Source of the DNA: Escherichia phage UPEC06 | Strand: one strand, 5' to 3' | DNA: 64,000 nt | Sequence record: MW250786 | In this document: in pieces, positions 9,368 through 18,592 of the stretch | How the letters are laid out: each line of letters starts with the position of its first letter | Numbering within the stretch: position 1 is the first letter of the stretch | Made by a program: the position numbers and the translations under genes | Notes under the pieces: model-generated | Seen by the model: only the letters and a program-made list of their open reading frames with translations | Told to the model about the DNA's origin: nothing | Database searches by the model: none

Positions 9368-9692
9368 TCACAATCTCCAGTAAAGATCCAGGAATTGAAA
9401 CAGAACAGTTTTCTGCCATTGGGAATTTAGCAATCCAATCTGAAAGGCTGCAATAGGCAGACCAATCAAAGTCTTCGTCGAAAACGACAATATTATTAAA
9501 TTCCACACCATCAAGATTAACAATCTTTTTAATAATCAGGTCTTCGATCTGACTTGCCTTAAAAAGACCACAGATTTTGGATGGCAAGTTAAGTCCCCAC
9601 CGTTCACGAAATTCAGAATCTTCAAACTTGAAGAAACCAACTGCCTTTGCCAAGTCTGCTGCACGGACCTCTAAAATAACCGATTTACTCAT
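9360..9692 (-). CDS. hypothetical protein
   Basis: ORF track. Confidence 0.35.
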   Translation of the reverse strand: MSKSVILEVRAADLAKAVGFFKFEDSEFRERWGLNLPSKICGLFKASQIEDLIIKKIVNLDGVEFNNIVVFDEDFDWSAYCSLSDWIAKFPMAENCSVSIPGSLLEIVNV

Positions 9693-9941
9693 TTAATTTC
9701 CTCCTCGATCTGTGTAGTGCTGTATAATCTCATTTAAACATTTGCCTGTCAACGAAAATTTCTTAGCTACATAGCACTCAGCAATGTGTTCTTTCAAATC
9801 TTTAGAGTCTGTGTAGCCCATTTCAACAATGAAGTGACGGATCTTCGTCTTGTCCTTATCATTTAAAGAATTGAAATAATCACTTTTAGAATCAATTATT
9901 CTCATTTTCAAGTTTCCTGATCTGATAGTAAAGAGAGTCAA
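9693..9941 (-). CDS. hypothetical protein
   Basis: ORF track. Confidence 0.35.
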   Translation of the reverse strand: MTLFTIRSGNLKMRIIDSKSDYFNSLNDKDKTKIRHFIVEMGYTDSKDLKEHIAECYVAKKFSLTGKCLNEIIQHYTDRGGN

Positions 9942-10164
9942 TGATCTCTTCGTTGGCCTTAATGTACATATCCCGTAAGAAAGGTTTCAACCCATCACGC
10001 AAAATATTTCCATCACAAGCATCGTTCAGGTATGGATGGCCTAGAGCCTCCCAGGCAGGTTGATTGGTATAAGTGCCCCAGCCTTGATTCATCATCTGGT
10101 TAAGGTGCTCGATTTGTTTTATCTTAAGCTGCAAAGCTTCAATAGTAATCTGTTTAATATCCAT
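9892..10164 (-). CDS. hypothetical protein
   Basis: ORF track; overlaps neighbour, start uncertain. Confidence 0.3.
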   Translation of the reverse strand: MDIKQITIEALQLKIKQIEHLNQMMNQGWGTYTNQPAWEALGHPYLNDACDGNILRDGLKPFLRDMYIKANEEIIDSLYYQIRKLENENN

Positions 10165-10625
10165 CAGTAAAGGTCCTCAGAGTAAAGTTCTTTTTCATTA
10201 CCACCACGTTCAATACGTACTTGTCCAGCGTAAGTTGCAATAATCATTGCTTCTTCACGTGTCCAATAATTGCTATATTGGTCAATAAACCCTTGGTCAT
10301 CATCACAAACTTGTTGAGTAACTAATTGAGGTTTAACTACATCTAAAACTTCTGCCATATCTTTAGAATAATGACGAGCACCTGGAATAATAAGAGTTCG
10401 TCCATCTTTTAATTTAAAACGGTTGGCTGCGCAGACAATTCGTCGTTGATACTTTTGGTTTTCATCCCAATACAGAGTCTGCCAACAGATTTCAGGAACT
10501 TCATCTAAAACATTTTGTTCTGTATATTCACCACCGTAAGAAGCTAATTTAGCAGCCAGACTTTCCGGAGTCTCACGCGACAAAGCTTTATCTAACAGAG
10601 CTAAACGTTCTTTAAAAGTTTTCAA
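10164..10625 (-). CDS. hypothetical protein
   Basis: ORF track. Confidence 0.35.
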   Translation of the reverse strand: MKTFKERLALLDKALSRETPESLAAKLASYGGEYTEQNVLDEVPEICWQTLYWDENQKYQRRIVCAANRFKLKDGRTLIIPGARHYSKDMAEVLDVVKPQLVTQQVCDDDQGFIDQYSNYWTREEAMIIATYAGQVRIERGGNEKELYSEDLY

Positions 10626-10629
10626 TTGA

Positions 10630-10818
10630 TCACCCCTTTGTAGTAGAATCTTGCTTGGTCATTTCACGAAGAATAAGTGCTCCAATATTTTCAAGAAGTG
10701 TTACAAGAGAGTCAACCTCAGGTAACTTAATACTCTTGGCTTCTTTACTCATCCCATCACGAACTCCCGAAATTTGCATAAACACGGCAATCATTTCTTT
10801 TGTAAGTTTAATATTCAT
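10630..10818 (-). CDS. hypothetical protein
   Basis: ORF track. Confidence 0.3.
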   Translation of the reverse strand: MNIKLTKEMIAVFMQISGVRDGMSKEAKSIKLPEVDSLVTLLENIGALILREMTKQDSTTKG

Positions 10819-10885
10819 TTTATCTCCTGTTGTTGGTTGATATGGGTATTATACAGAACTGGAGGCAGGTGTCAAGAGATATATA

Positions 10886-10910
10886 AAGAAAACCGCCCCG
10901 AAGGGCGGTT
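10886..10910 (-). terminator. rho-independent terminator (minus strand)
   Basis: Same AAAACCGCCCCGAAGGGCGGTT hairpin as at 3431-3451, followed on the minus strand by TTTTCTTT. Confidence 0.5.
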
Positions 10911-10919
10911 TAAAAATTT

Positions 10920-11162
10920 TTACCAATTTGCGTAACCATCTTGTTCATCGGTATCACGATCTATGATTCGTGGCTTTGGAGTTAGATCCATATGAGCAAG
11001 AGGCGTACCTTCTGGAATATCATTCAGTGAATATTCAACATTTACCAGTTGACCTGTAAGCTCATCCATCTTTTGGGAGATATACGCTGCAACTGATCGA
11101 CCCTCCAGAGTAGCCAGGTATTTCAGTTTTTCGTAAGTTGCGTCGTTAAAATTAATATTCAT
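10920..11162 (-). CDS. putative ribbon-helix-helix (CopG/Arc-like) DNA-binding protein
   Basis: ATYEKLKYLATLEGRSVAAYISQ resembles an RHH strand-helix-helix motif. Confidence 0.35.
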   Translation of the reverse strand: MNINFNDATYEKLKYLATLEGRSVAAYISQKMDELTGQLVNVEYSLNDIPEGTPLAHMDLTPKPRIIDRDTDEQDGYANW

Positions 11163-11224
11163 ATTTGTATCTCCTTTTTGTATTTTTCATTACAAGGACC
11201 ACACTAACGTGGCCCGATCGTTAC

Positions 11225-11446
11225 TTAAGCTACCAGTTCTAAATCTTCAGCTTCTGCGTAGAAACCATCGACGATAACACCGTCCTGACGTGTGAATGCA
11301 ACAATAACATCTCCCCAATCTTCATCGACGAATTCAACAACGCCAATATCTCCAAATCGAACACCAGACAAACTGTAGCGGTCTTCATAATTACCTAACG
11401 GACTGAACTTAACTGTCTGACCTGGATTAACTTCTTTGATATTCAC
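11225..11446 (-). CDS. hypothetical protein
   Basis: ORF track. Confidence 0.35.
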   Translation of the reverse strand: MNIKEVNPGQTVKFSPLGNYEDRYSLSGVRFGDIGVVEFVDEDWGDVIVAFTRQDGVIVDGFYAEAEDLELVA

Positions 11447-11486
11447 AGAATTTCTCCTTATACAACTTTAAGATATTAACTTTATA

Positions 11487-11798
11487 TTATTCTTCATCAA
11501 CTTCACGACCCATCAAGATATCAAGTTCGTTCAGTTGTTCAATCTGGCTTTCAAGCGCTGCACGTTTCTTCTCTGCTGCATCTTGCTTATCGTATTCACC
11601 GTTGATCAGGGTACGTAGGAATTTAGGGTCGATGTTCAGGTCTTCTTTAGTGATCGCCAGGATGCTTTTCAGATCTTCAGCAGCATCTTTCTGACGACGA
11701 ACAGCTTCAACACCTTCCTGAACAATGTTAGCCAGACGCTTACGAACTTCCAGGTCAGAAGGCAGGGTATTGATCAGTTCGATTTTAGATTTAGCCAT
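11487..11798 (-). CDS. hypothetical protein
   Basis: ORF track; charged, helical character. Confidence 0.35.
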   Translation of the reverse strand: MAKSKIELINTLPSDLEVRKRLANIVQEGVEAVRRQKDAAEDLKSILAITKEDLNIDPKFLRTLINGEYDKQDAAEKKRAALESQIEQLNELDILMGREVDEE

Positions 11799-11883
11799 TT
11801 GTATTTCTCCTCTTTAGTGTTTAAATAGTAAGTTAACTTCTTTGCTTCGATGGGGTAAATAATACCCCATTCAATATCTTCTG

Positions 11884-12231
11884 TCAAGCAGGATTTTTAA
11901 GTTCTTTAAAAACAACCTGGAAGACTGGAATTTCATCACTGATCTCTGACACAAGTAGAGCTACAGTTTCACAAGGTAAAGTACATGTTGCAAACGTCTC
12001 ATAGCCTGTATGGATCTTCAAGGTTAAATTACCTTTCAGTCCAATTTGGAACTGACGTACAAAAGAACTTAATGCACTAACATAAATCTCATGATATCCA
12101 TTTGGACGACGAACATATTTTTTACCACTTGCAAGACCCTGGATAACAAGACCATCAAAAGAGATTTTAGTCTGAGCACCATCATACAGTGGCAACGCAG
12201 TTTTTTCAACATCTTTTTCTTGATTCATCAT
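11884..12231 (-). CDS. hypothetical protein
   Basis: ORF track. Confidence 0.35.
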   Translation of the reverse strand: MMNQEKDVEKTALPLYDGAQTKISFDGLVIQGLASGKKYVRRPNGYHEIYVSALSSFVRQFQIGLKGNLTLKIHTGYETFATCTLPCETVALLVSEISDEIPVFQVVFKELKNPA

Positions 12232-12237
12232 TTCTCC

Positions 12238-12414
12238 TTATCGTACAAACATTTTACCCTGGTCACAATAACCGTTTTTAATTCCTCGTGGAGCAGACAA
12301 ACATTTTACTGCAATCTCTCCACACTTGCAAGGAGCATTTTCACGTTCTGCAATCTTTCGGTTCTGATCGAAAACTTCACCACATTTTTCACATTTGTAA
12401 GAATACAACGGCAT
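12238..12414 (-). CDS. small zinc-ribbon protein (FmdB-like)
   Basis: Hand-translated 58-aa ORF missing from the track: MPLYSYKCEKCGEVF...APCKCGE, like the FmdB MPIYEYxCxxCG motif; abuts neighbours. Confidence 0.4.
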   Translation of the reverse strand: MPLYSYKCEKCGEVFDQNRKIAERENAPCKCGEIAVKCLSAPRGIKNGYCDQGKMFVR

Positions 12415-12417
12415 TAA

Positions 12418-13194
12418 TTACATACCCTCCAGGTTTGCTTCAAAATAAGTGATTGGCTTCATGATCTTGCCATTCTTATCTTTAAATACTACACGATCCA
12501 TACCATCACCACCTTTTACGATGCTTCCCTTTACACCTTGATAACGGTTACGGTTACGCAGTTCAATCTGTTCAGCTTCCAAACGCAACATGGCATCAAG
12601 ATCAAAATCAGCTTCTGCAAAAAAGTAATACGTCTTGTAGAAACATTCCGTAAATTCTTTCACGGTTGGGATCTTGGAATCATTTGAATCCAAAACCTCA
12701 TTTAAAGCACGACGAGCATTAAAGTTGGAGTTCTGCATGATTGCAACAACCGCCATAACGATCCCGTTTGTATTGTCACTCTCGATAAATTGATCAAGAG
12801 TTCGATAAAGCGAAGTCAGATTATACGTACCCATATTGTCAGCAGGACAGATGTTTTCAGAACCACCTTTTAGGAAGTTGTAATATGATCCAACTACAAA
12901 CAAGTCGCAAAGTGCATCTATGATTTCCTTACGATTCTTTTTAGTTAAACCAAGATCATAAAGTTCATTGTACTCTTCCATAACAAGAGTTTTTTGGAAT
13001 TTTGAAATATCTTCAGAGAAGTCATGAAAACCACGAGCAACAAAATTCCAATTTTTTACTCGCTCTGCTGCTTCCCGAAAGAAGCTATTGCCCTTAACAT
13101 CAATCATCTCGGAAATAAAGGTTTTCTGATCAGCACTCAATTCATTGTATTTCAATTTAATCTCCTTTCGTTTAACTTGGGGGCCATTATACAT
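12418..13194 (-). CDS. hypothetical protein (weak MazG-like NTP pyrophosphatase resemblance)
   Basis: EEYNELYD...CDLFVVG loosely resembles MazG EExxEL / GDxLF motifs; speculative. Confidence 0.25.
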   Translation of the reverse strand: MYNGPQVKRKEIKLKYNELSADQKTFISEMIDVKGNSFFREAAERVKNWNFVARGFHDFSEDISKFQKTLVMEEYNELYDLGLTKKNRKEIIDALCDLFVVGSYYNFLKGGSENICPADNMGTYNLTSLYRTLDQFIESDNTNGIVMAVVAIMQNSNFNARRALNEVLDSNDSKIPTVKEFTECFYKTYYFFAEADFDLDAMLRLEAEQIELRNRNRYQGVKGSIVKGGDGMDRVVFKDKNGKIMKPITYFEANLEGM

Positions 13195-13209
13195 GACCCC
13201 TTATCATTG

Positions 13210-13671
13210 TCAACAGTCTTTATAAGTTTCTAGTGCAACTTTACGGGCTTCATCCTTTTCAATCTCAAACTTAGATCGTTTGTCCTTTCTTGAAGCCTTG
13301 TTACGTCGCTTAACGATTCGACGACAGGTGTGGTAAAGTCGTGTACCTTCATAATCATTCATCCAGAACAGATCGCCATTCACGAAGAGAGTATCGGAGA
13401 TAATACCACAAGCCTTTTCAATGTAAGTAACCTTACCTGTGACCGTATCGACAATTGTATAGTCAACATACCAAAGACTATCGTTATCCTCGCACGGGTC
13501 TTGTTGGCCTTCAGGAACAAAAACTCCAGAATGTATCTCAAATCGAGGAGATCCTTTACGGATCAGCTTCAAGATTTTACCTGCTGGCTTACGAGTTAGC
13601 AGTACCGGAACACCTAAGACTACTGAAAGGTAAAGTGTAATCCCTACAAACCCAATAATTAAAGCTTCCAC
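13210..13671 (-). CDS. hypothetical membrane-anchored protein
   Basis: N-terminal hydrophobic helix (LIIGFVGITLYLSVVLGVPVLL) then basic region. Confidence 0.35.
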   Translation of the reverse strand: MEALIIGFVGITLYLSVVLGVPVLLTRKPAGKILKLIRKGSPRFEIHSGVFVPEGQQDPCEDNDSLWYVDYTIVDTVTGKVTYIEKACGIISDTLFVNGDLFWMNDYEGTRLYHTCRRIVKRRNKASRKDKRSKFEIEKDEARKVALETYKDC

Positions 13672-13673
13672 TA

Positions 13674-15041
13674 TTAAACCTCCTCTGCAATTTTACGAAG
13701 AAGATCCAGAAGAGAATTCGATGCCTCGATCACTTCTTCTAGACTGTTGGCTACACTCTTATCAAAACGAAGCTCAACAAACTTATAATTTAAACGTGGC
13801 AGAAATAGGGATTTCAGATCTTTATTTTCTGCGTCAGTAATGTCATTAGCTTTGATCGTAATAATCTGACCAATAAAATACTCACTTGGTTTTTTACGAA
13901 GTGCATCAGTAAGTCCAGAGCCAGCACCAACCTCAAGAAGTCCATCACGAGTACGGCAGATCAGAGATCCAATAAGCCCAGGTTTCTTTTTGTGAGGCGT
14001 TGTCGCCACAACTTCAAGATCAACATCGAACTCATTTTTAAGTTTGATCCCTTTCTTAGTTTTGTTATCTCCCCAAGGCATATTCGCTTCTTTAAGAACC
14101 GTACCCTCTTTCTTCTGCAAACGCATTTCGATAAAGTGGTCAATAGCCTCTTTAAGACTGCCAATCTGACGACCACGGATCATCTGGAAATGAGAAGACT
14201 CATCAACATAGTTGACAATATTTTCAACCTGCTTACGACGATCTTTATATTTTTTCTTGGATTTACGTGCGATATACTCGTCCATAGAAACAACATCCCA
14301 AACAACCAAACGTACCAGATTAGGATCAATGTTTTCAGGATCTTGGTTAAGATATCCGTTACCGATCTCTCGTGGTTGAACCCCGTGCGGGTATGACAGG
14401 TCAATAACTAAACCTTCCCCGTGCATAACAAAAGGACCATCAGAATTGGCTTTTTCTTTCAGGTTTTGCTCAAGTGAAGGAATACACCGGAAATTAAGCT
14501 CTTTCCCTGATCGTGAACGATAAATGATCTGCTCAGGCCAAACCATAATGTCTGCATAAAGTCCGTCCATCTTCTCGTCGGAGAAAGCACCCTCGTAGTT
14601 GAAATTACGAAGGAGATCCTCTTTGAAAAGGGTGTAGCTTTGGTAAGGAGGCTCTGTAATCAGATCCTTCCAAACCTTGTTGGTCAGGGTTGTCTGGATA
14701 CCACACTCAAGATCGCGGTTAATGATCTTCAGCAGTGTTTCTGGTTCTTCGCACAGTTGAACAGCATTCGTGAGAACATCACGGGCTTCATGCCCAGTAT
14801 ACATACGACTTGCAACATCGTTGACGATAAGATCAATACTCTCTTGCAGATTACGGCTTCCTTGGTGGAAAGTTGCAGGATCAACCTTAAAACTGCGAAC
14901 AAAAAAGTTTAACTCTTTGCTATATGCTACCCGAAATACTTCACGCAGGCCATCATTGTCCGCATGGCTACGTAAGATCGCTTCTTTTTCTTTTGTTGAT
15001 CCGGTTGCTGCAAGTTGTTCGATAATCTTAGTTACGCTCAT
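13674..15041 (-). CDS. ATP-dependent DNA ligase (T4 gp30-like)
   Basis: N-terminus closely parallels T4 DNA ligase (ILNEIASIGSTKQKQAIL); RDLECG...NKVW block; KMDG adenylation motif; C-terminal AGSGL block. Confidence 0.8.
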   Translation of the reverse strand: MSVTKIIEQLAATGSTKEKEAILRSHADNDGLREVFRVAYSKELNFFVRSFKVDPATFHQGSRNLQESIDLIVNDVASRMYTGHEARDVLTNAVQLCEEPETLLKIINRDLECGIQTTLTNKVWKDLITEPPYQSYTLFKEDLLRNFNYEGAFSDEKMDGLYADIMVWPEQIIYRSRSGKELNFRCIPSLEQNLKEKANSDGPFVMHGEGLVIDLSYPHGVQPREIGNGYLNQDPENIDPNLVRLVVWDVVSMDEYIARKSKKKYKDRRKQVENIVNYVDESSHFQMIRGRQIGSLKEAIDHFIEMRLQKKEGTVLKEANMPWGDNKTKKGIKLKNEFDVDLEVVATTPHKKKPGLIGSLICRTRDGLLEVGAGSGLTDALRKKPSEYFIGQIITIKANDITDAENKDLKSLFLPRLNYKFVELRFDKSVANSLEEVIEASNSLLDLLRKIAEEV

Positions 15042-15050
15042 AGTTTCTCC

Positions 15051-15386
15051 TTAGTTTGCTTTGATTTCTAATGTGTATTTTGCCAGACCAAAACCAATCT
15101 TGTCAAGATCTTCTAGGGATTTTTTAACCTCTTCAAAGACCTCTTTAGTTACATTATTTCCACTAACAATATACCGTATCTCAGGACTCCCATCCCCCAC
15201 AACTTCGAAATCATAGTCCTTAAAAAATACGATCACTCCGGCTGCACCATTCTCGTCACTACCGGATAGCATGATTCCCTCTTCATTAGCAACTTGAAAA
15301 ATTCGATCTTTGAAATCATATACCTTACCAACAACAAACTTAAGAGAGTTAAATTTAGTCTTGTAGCCTTTGAATCGGTATTTCAT
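15051..15386 (-). CDS. hypothetical protein
   Basis: ORF track. Confidence 0.35.
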   Translation of the reverse strand: MKYRFKGYKTKFNSLKFVVGKVYDFKDRIFQVANEEGIMLSGSDENGAAGVIVFFKDYDFEVVGDGSPEIRYIVSGNNVTKEVFEEVKKSLEDLDKIGFGLAKYTLEIKAN

Positions 15387-15604
15387 TTAGTCTCCTTTAG
15401 TTTTCCACAAAGAGCACCTTCAACATAGTCAGGGTTCTCTTTAAAGAACTGATCATTCTTTTTTATGATGACACCAATATTTCGACGGAGAAATGCGAAA
15501 GCTTTGATCCCACGATACCAAGCGTCAAAGCTGGACTTCTTCAGTTCTCCACCTGTATAGACATTGGTGAAATAAAACGGATGAGTCTTCTTACTTATCC
15601 TCAT
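15383..15604 (-). CDS. hypothetical protein
   Basis: ORF track. Confidence 0.3.
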   Translation of the reverse strand: MRISKKTHPFYFTNVYTGGELKKSSFDAWYRGIKAFAFLRRNIGVIIKKNDQFFKENPDYVEGALCGKLKETK

Positions 15605-15613
15605 TGTTCCCCC

Positions 15614-15967
15614 CTAAACAGAGAAAAGAACCTCTTCTTTCTCCACATGAAATTCAAAATCGTCCACAAGATTAGATTCCCAGTCCTTACTTTCATGGTA
15701 ACTACACGTCCAACGGTAAACACCAGGACCAGAATCTGAATCTGGGGGAAGACCAATATACTCCGCTTCAGGACCCTCGTCAAGCAATGCAGGGTGAATA
15801 TTTGGTGCTTTAAGGACGGTTACCCGTCCACTGTAATCGACAGCCACGATCCAAACACTACCGTTAGGAGATTCGAAAACTTCCTCTTCTGGATCTTCTT
15901 TGATAAGAGTTTTGTTTGGCTTTTTCAAGCAGGTTGCTAATCCAGAATCAATCCACTGGTTTGACAT
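15614..15967 (-). CDS. hypothetical protein
   Basis: ORF track 15614..16105 trimmed to the internal Met (MSNQWIDSGL) because the upstream part overlaps the 15987..16358 gene. Confidence 0.3.
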   Translation of the reverse strand: MSNQWIDSGLATCLKKPNKTLIKEDPEEEVFESPNGSVWIVAVDYSGRVTVLKAPNIHPALLDEGPEAEYIGLPPDSDSGPGVYRWTCSYHESKDWESNLVDDFEFHVEKEEVLFSV

Positions 15968-15986
15968 TCCGTTACTAAGCCATTTT

Positions 15987-16358
15987 TCAGACAGACTTTT
16001 TCTTTTTTGTGACACGTTTCTTCTCCTTTTCCACTTTTGGTGGTGCTTTCTTTTTAGGTTTGGTCCAAGCCTTTTTAGGCTCATCTGGCTTCTCATACAG
16101 CCCAAGCACGACTCTTTCTATCGCACTCATAGGAACGATTGTCATCTTCCGTCTCTTAGCGTCAGGAAGCTGTAACTCCCAAATACCCAACCAATAAGAG
16201 AGATCATCAATGCGATCCTGTACCCAAGGGTCCGGCTTCGGAATAGTTAGTAGTCTACTCAACTCTTCATTGCATGTCAACAAACATTCTTCAAGTTTTT
16301 CAACTGGCGTATTAAAAACAAAGGCCGTCTTGTCAAAAGGCTTCTTCTCTGTCGTCAT
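15987..16358 (-). CDS. hypothetical protein with lysine-rich C-terminal tail
   Basis: C-terminus KKAWTKPKKKAPPKVEKEKKRVTKKKKSV. Confidence 0.35.
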   Translation of the reverse strand: MTTEKKPFDKTAFVFNTPVEKLEECLLTCNEELSRLLTIPKPDPWVQDRIDDLSYWLGIWELQLPDAKRRKMTIVPMSAIERVVLGLYEKPDEPKKAWTKPKKKAPPKVEKEKKRVTKKKKSV

Positions 16359-16362
16359 AGCG

Positions 16363-16557
16363 TCACTCTTCAGTATCGTAGGTGTTATTCTTGATTGCTT
16401 CCAGTAATACGTCCAAAGGTACAGTGAAAGACTCTACAGTGTCCATACCACCAACCTTATAGCCGTGAACAATCTCACCACCTTCGCGATTACACACCAG
16501 AAGAGAATATCCACCAGCAATGTTTTCACTGATCTCGATATCAACAACTTTCATCAT
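16363..16557 (-). CDS. hypothetical protein
   Basis: ORF track. Confidence 0.3.
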   Translation of the reverse strand: MMKVVDIEISENIAGGYSLLVCNREGGEIVHGYKVGGMDTVESFTVPLDVLLEAIKNNTYDTEE

Positions 16558-16981
16558 CAGTCTCCTTTTTGTCCTCTACCCAACCATAAGCCTTCATACA
16601 CCCCTGGTAATTAGGCCACCTTTTATTTACAACGTTCTCAAGCCACTCAAGATCTGTGCTTACATGGATGTATTCGCTGTACAGTTCATCAAGAGTGTCA
16701 ATAAGATCAGGACGCTCTTTCAAATACTCTCGAACGTCCCCGATCCTTTTTCCAAGTTCACAATTTTCACATTTACACACTGCTAGATACCTCCTCCAGA
16801 ACGCGTAATCTTTCTGCCAATACCCAAGTCCCACCTTGAGACTCAGGTCTTTGAAAATTAACAATGCCTTGAACTTCAACCTTGAACCACTTACGGATCT
16901 CTCCCGATTTAAGGTTTGTCTTGAGATGAGGTGCTTCAGGTTTAAGTGTACAATGCCAACCTGGTCGTACCGAAAATCCAC
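16541..16981 (-). CDS. hypothetical protein (start uncertain)
   Basis: ORF track; 5' part overlaps 16773..17111 in another frame. Confidence 0.25.
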   Translation of the reverse strand: MDFRYDQVGIVHLNLKHLISRQTLNRERSVSGSRLKFKALLIFKDLSLKVGLGYWQKDYAFWRRYLAVCKCENCELGKRIGDVREYLKERPDLIDTLDELYSEYIHVSTDLEWLENVVNKRWPNYQGCMKAYGWVEDKKETDDESC

Positions 16982-17111
16982 GAGTGGGGTGATTTTCAGC
17001 TTCCATCCACTTATTCTTTTCTACGACTAAAGATCTATTGATAAATAGGGGACCTATTGTACCGTCTTTCCTGACTCTAAACAACTTGTACGCCACAATA
17101 GACTTTTTCAT
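16773..17111 (-). CDS. hypothetical protein
   Basis: ORF track; begins MKKS. Confidence 0.3.
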   Translation of the reverse strand: MKKSIVAYKLFRVRKDGTIGPLFINRSLVVEKNKWMEAENHPTRGFSVRPGWHCTLKPEAPHLKTNLKSGEIRKWFKVEVQGIVNFQRPESQGGTWVLAERLRVLEEVSSSV

Positions 17112-17407
17112 CCCATATGCTCCAAAACAAGAAGGTGCTTATAACGATGATTATGTGAATAGACCAATAGAGCCATATCCATCCAAGCAACCTCGTCAGC
17201 GTCACCAATCACAGAGAGGCATAAGTTGTCACAGTTCTGTCTTACTTTCGCCACAGTGAGTTCTACACCCCTTCCTTCGAGGATTTCTTCGAGGTATTTA
17301 AACTGGTCATTCAGTTCTGTACACCACAAGTAGAACCGAGGCTTTTCCTGTGCACGAAAGATATTTTCCAACTGTTCACTTAATTCATCACTAAAGATCA
17401 ATTTCAT
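17108..17407 (-). CDS. hypothetical protein
   Basis: ORF track. Confidence 0.35.
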   Translation of the reverse strand: MKLIFSDELSEQLENIFRAQEKPRFYLWCTELNDQFKYLEEILEGRGVELTVAKVRQNCDNLCLSVIGDADEVAWMDMALLVYSHNHRYKHLLVLEHMG

Positions 17408-17546
17408 GATTTATTTTTCCTCTCTCCGATACCTTTGTTGAGATACTTAACCAAACTAATACCAAATGCTATCAGCATCATAAACCACACTGTTCCAAAC
17501 TCAACAATGTTCAACCCAAAAGCTACAACATCGTTACACTCTTTCA

Positions 17547-17828
17547 TCAGATCATCTCCAAAGTTATTAGTACATTATCCAAATCTTCAGCCACAAGCTG
17601 TAAGTCAGGCTTCATACTATCTTCCACACGATGATAAATCAAGCCTTTTTCCACATACTGATTCATTACTCCGTAATAGTTCCCCAAAATGGTGTACCAG
17701 TCACATTCGTAAACAGTCACAACACATACTTTCAGTCCAGCTTTTGCTGAATGCCAAGCTTCTCTCATAGCTTGAAGATGACTTAATTCATTTTCTGATA
17801 ACTTTTTACATTTATTATTCAAAATCAT
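17547..17828 (-). CDS. hypothetical protein (first gene of the leftward array)
   Basis: ORF track; lies at the edge of the divergent intergenic region. Confidence 0.35.
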   Translation of the reverse strand: MILNNKCKKLSENELSHLQAMREAWHSAKAGLKVCVVTVYECDWYTILGNYYGVMNQYVEKGLIYHRVEDSMKPDLQLVAEDLDNVLITLEMI

Positions 17829-17926
17829 TATAAAGATAACCTGTTGTTTGTTAAAGTAGAGTCACTATACCTATGTAAAAACTCCATGTCAAGACTTTAA
17901 ATTTAAAAAATTTAGTATAAAATCTA

Positions 17927-17993
17927 TAAAAGATCCTTTAAGATCTGTAGATCTATAGATCATATATATAAAAAGATCTTATAAAAGATCTTG
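17927..17993. repeat. cluster of GATC-containing short repeats (AAAGATCTT / AGATCT)
   Basis: Six GATC cores in about 65 bp, including two AAAGATCTT and two AGATCT palindromes. Confidence 0.6.
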
Positions 17994-18015
17994 TTTTTAT
18001 TGTTTTTAATAATAA

Positions 18016-18066
18016 TTATGAATGAAATGAATAATTATTATATAATTTATGAATGAAATGAATAAA
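18016..18066. repeat. 19-bp direct repeat TTATGAATGAAATGAATAA x2 in AT-rich DNA
   Basis: Copies at 18016-18034 and 18048-18066; ATAAAGGGTTTG is also repeated at about 18074 and 18141. Confidence 0.6.
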
Positions 18067-18149
18067 TTATAATGATAAAGGGTTTGGCGAGAGGCTTCGA
18101 GCCAGGGAAATCTAATATAGTATTGTATGCCTAAACGGGCATAAAGGGT

Positions 18150-18177
18150 TTGACATGTTGGGATAGTCATGTAAGAT
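18150..18177 (+). promoter_or_regulatory. sigma70-like promoter candidate for the rightward small-ORF operon
   Basis: TTGACA, 16-nt spacer, TAAGAT; followed by AAGAGGAGGG and the ATG at 18206. Confidence 0.4.
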
Positions 18178-18205
18178 AGCGAAGGTAAGATTAAGAGGAG
18201 GGTCT

Positions 18206-18592
18206 ATGTTTGAGATAAACACCTCTGTTGGGAAGAAGACTTTTGAAGACGATGCGTTCGCCATGCTTCCTCTTCGTTGGGTTACTGAAATGTCCGGCGA
18301 GGATTTAAAGAGGATGATACTTTTGAGGTGGAGATTTTCATTCTTTGCGGAGTTTGCTTCTCGACAGGGCGAATCAGTGGAAACGTGTTTCTATGAATCA
18401 CAGGTGGCATTGTGTGAGTTGTTTCAAATGTCACCGACCAGTCAAGCCAAGGTAAGTGCATTCCTTAAGAAGATGGAGACTGGCGGTTACATCAGGATTT
18501 ACAGAGATAAGGTGATAATCAACGGAAAGTCGAAACCACGTCATTACATTGTGGTTAACGACCCAATACTTAAAGAGAAGTACGGATATTGA
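18206..18592 (+). CDS. hypothetical protein, possible winged-helix DNA-binding protein
   Basis: Strong SD; QVALCELFQMSPTSQAKVSAFLKKMETGGYI looks HTH-like. Confidence 0.35.
   Translation: MFEINTSVGKKTFEDDAFAMLPLRWVTEMSGEDLKRMILLRWRFSFFAEFASRQGESVETCFYESQVALCELFQMSPTSQAKVSAFLKKMETGGYIRIYRDKVIINGKSKPRHYIVVNDPILKEKYGY

Noticed and set aside
10920-11162. Toxin-antitoxin pair built around the RHH-like protein
   Set aside because: No adjacent ORF shows a recognisable toxin fold or motif; the RHH protein is more simply a small transcriptional regulator.
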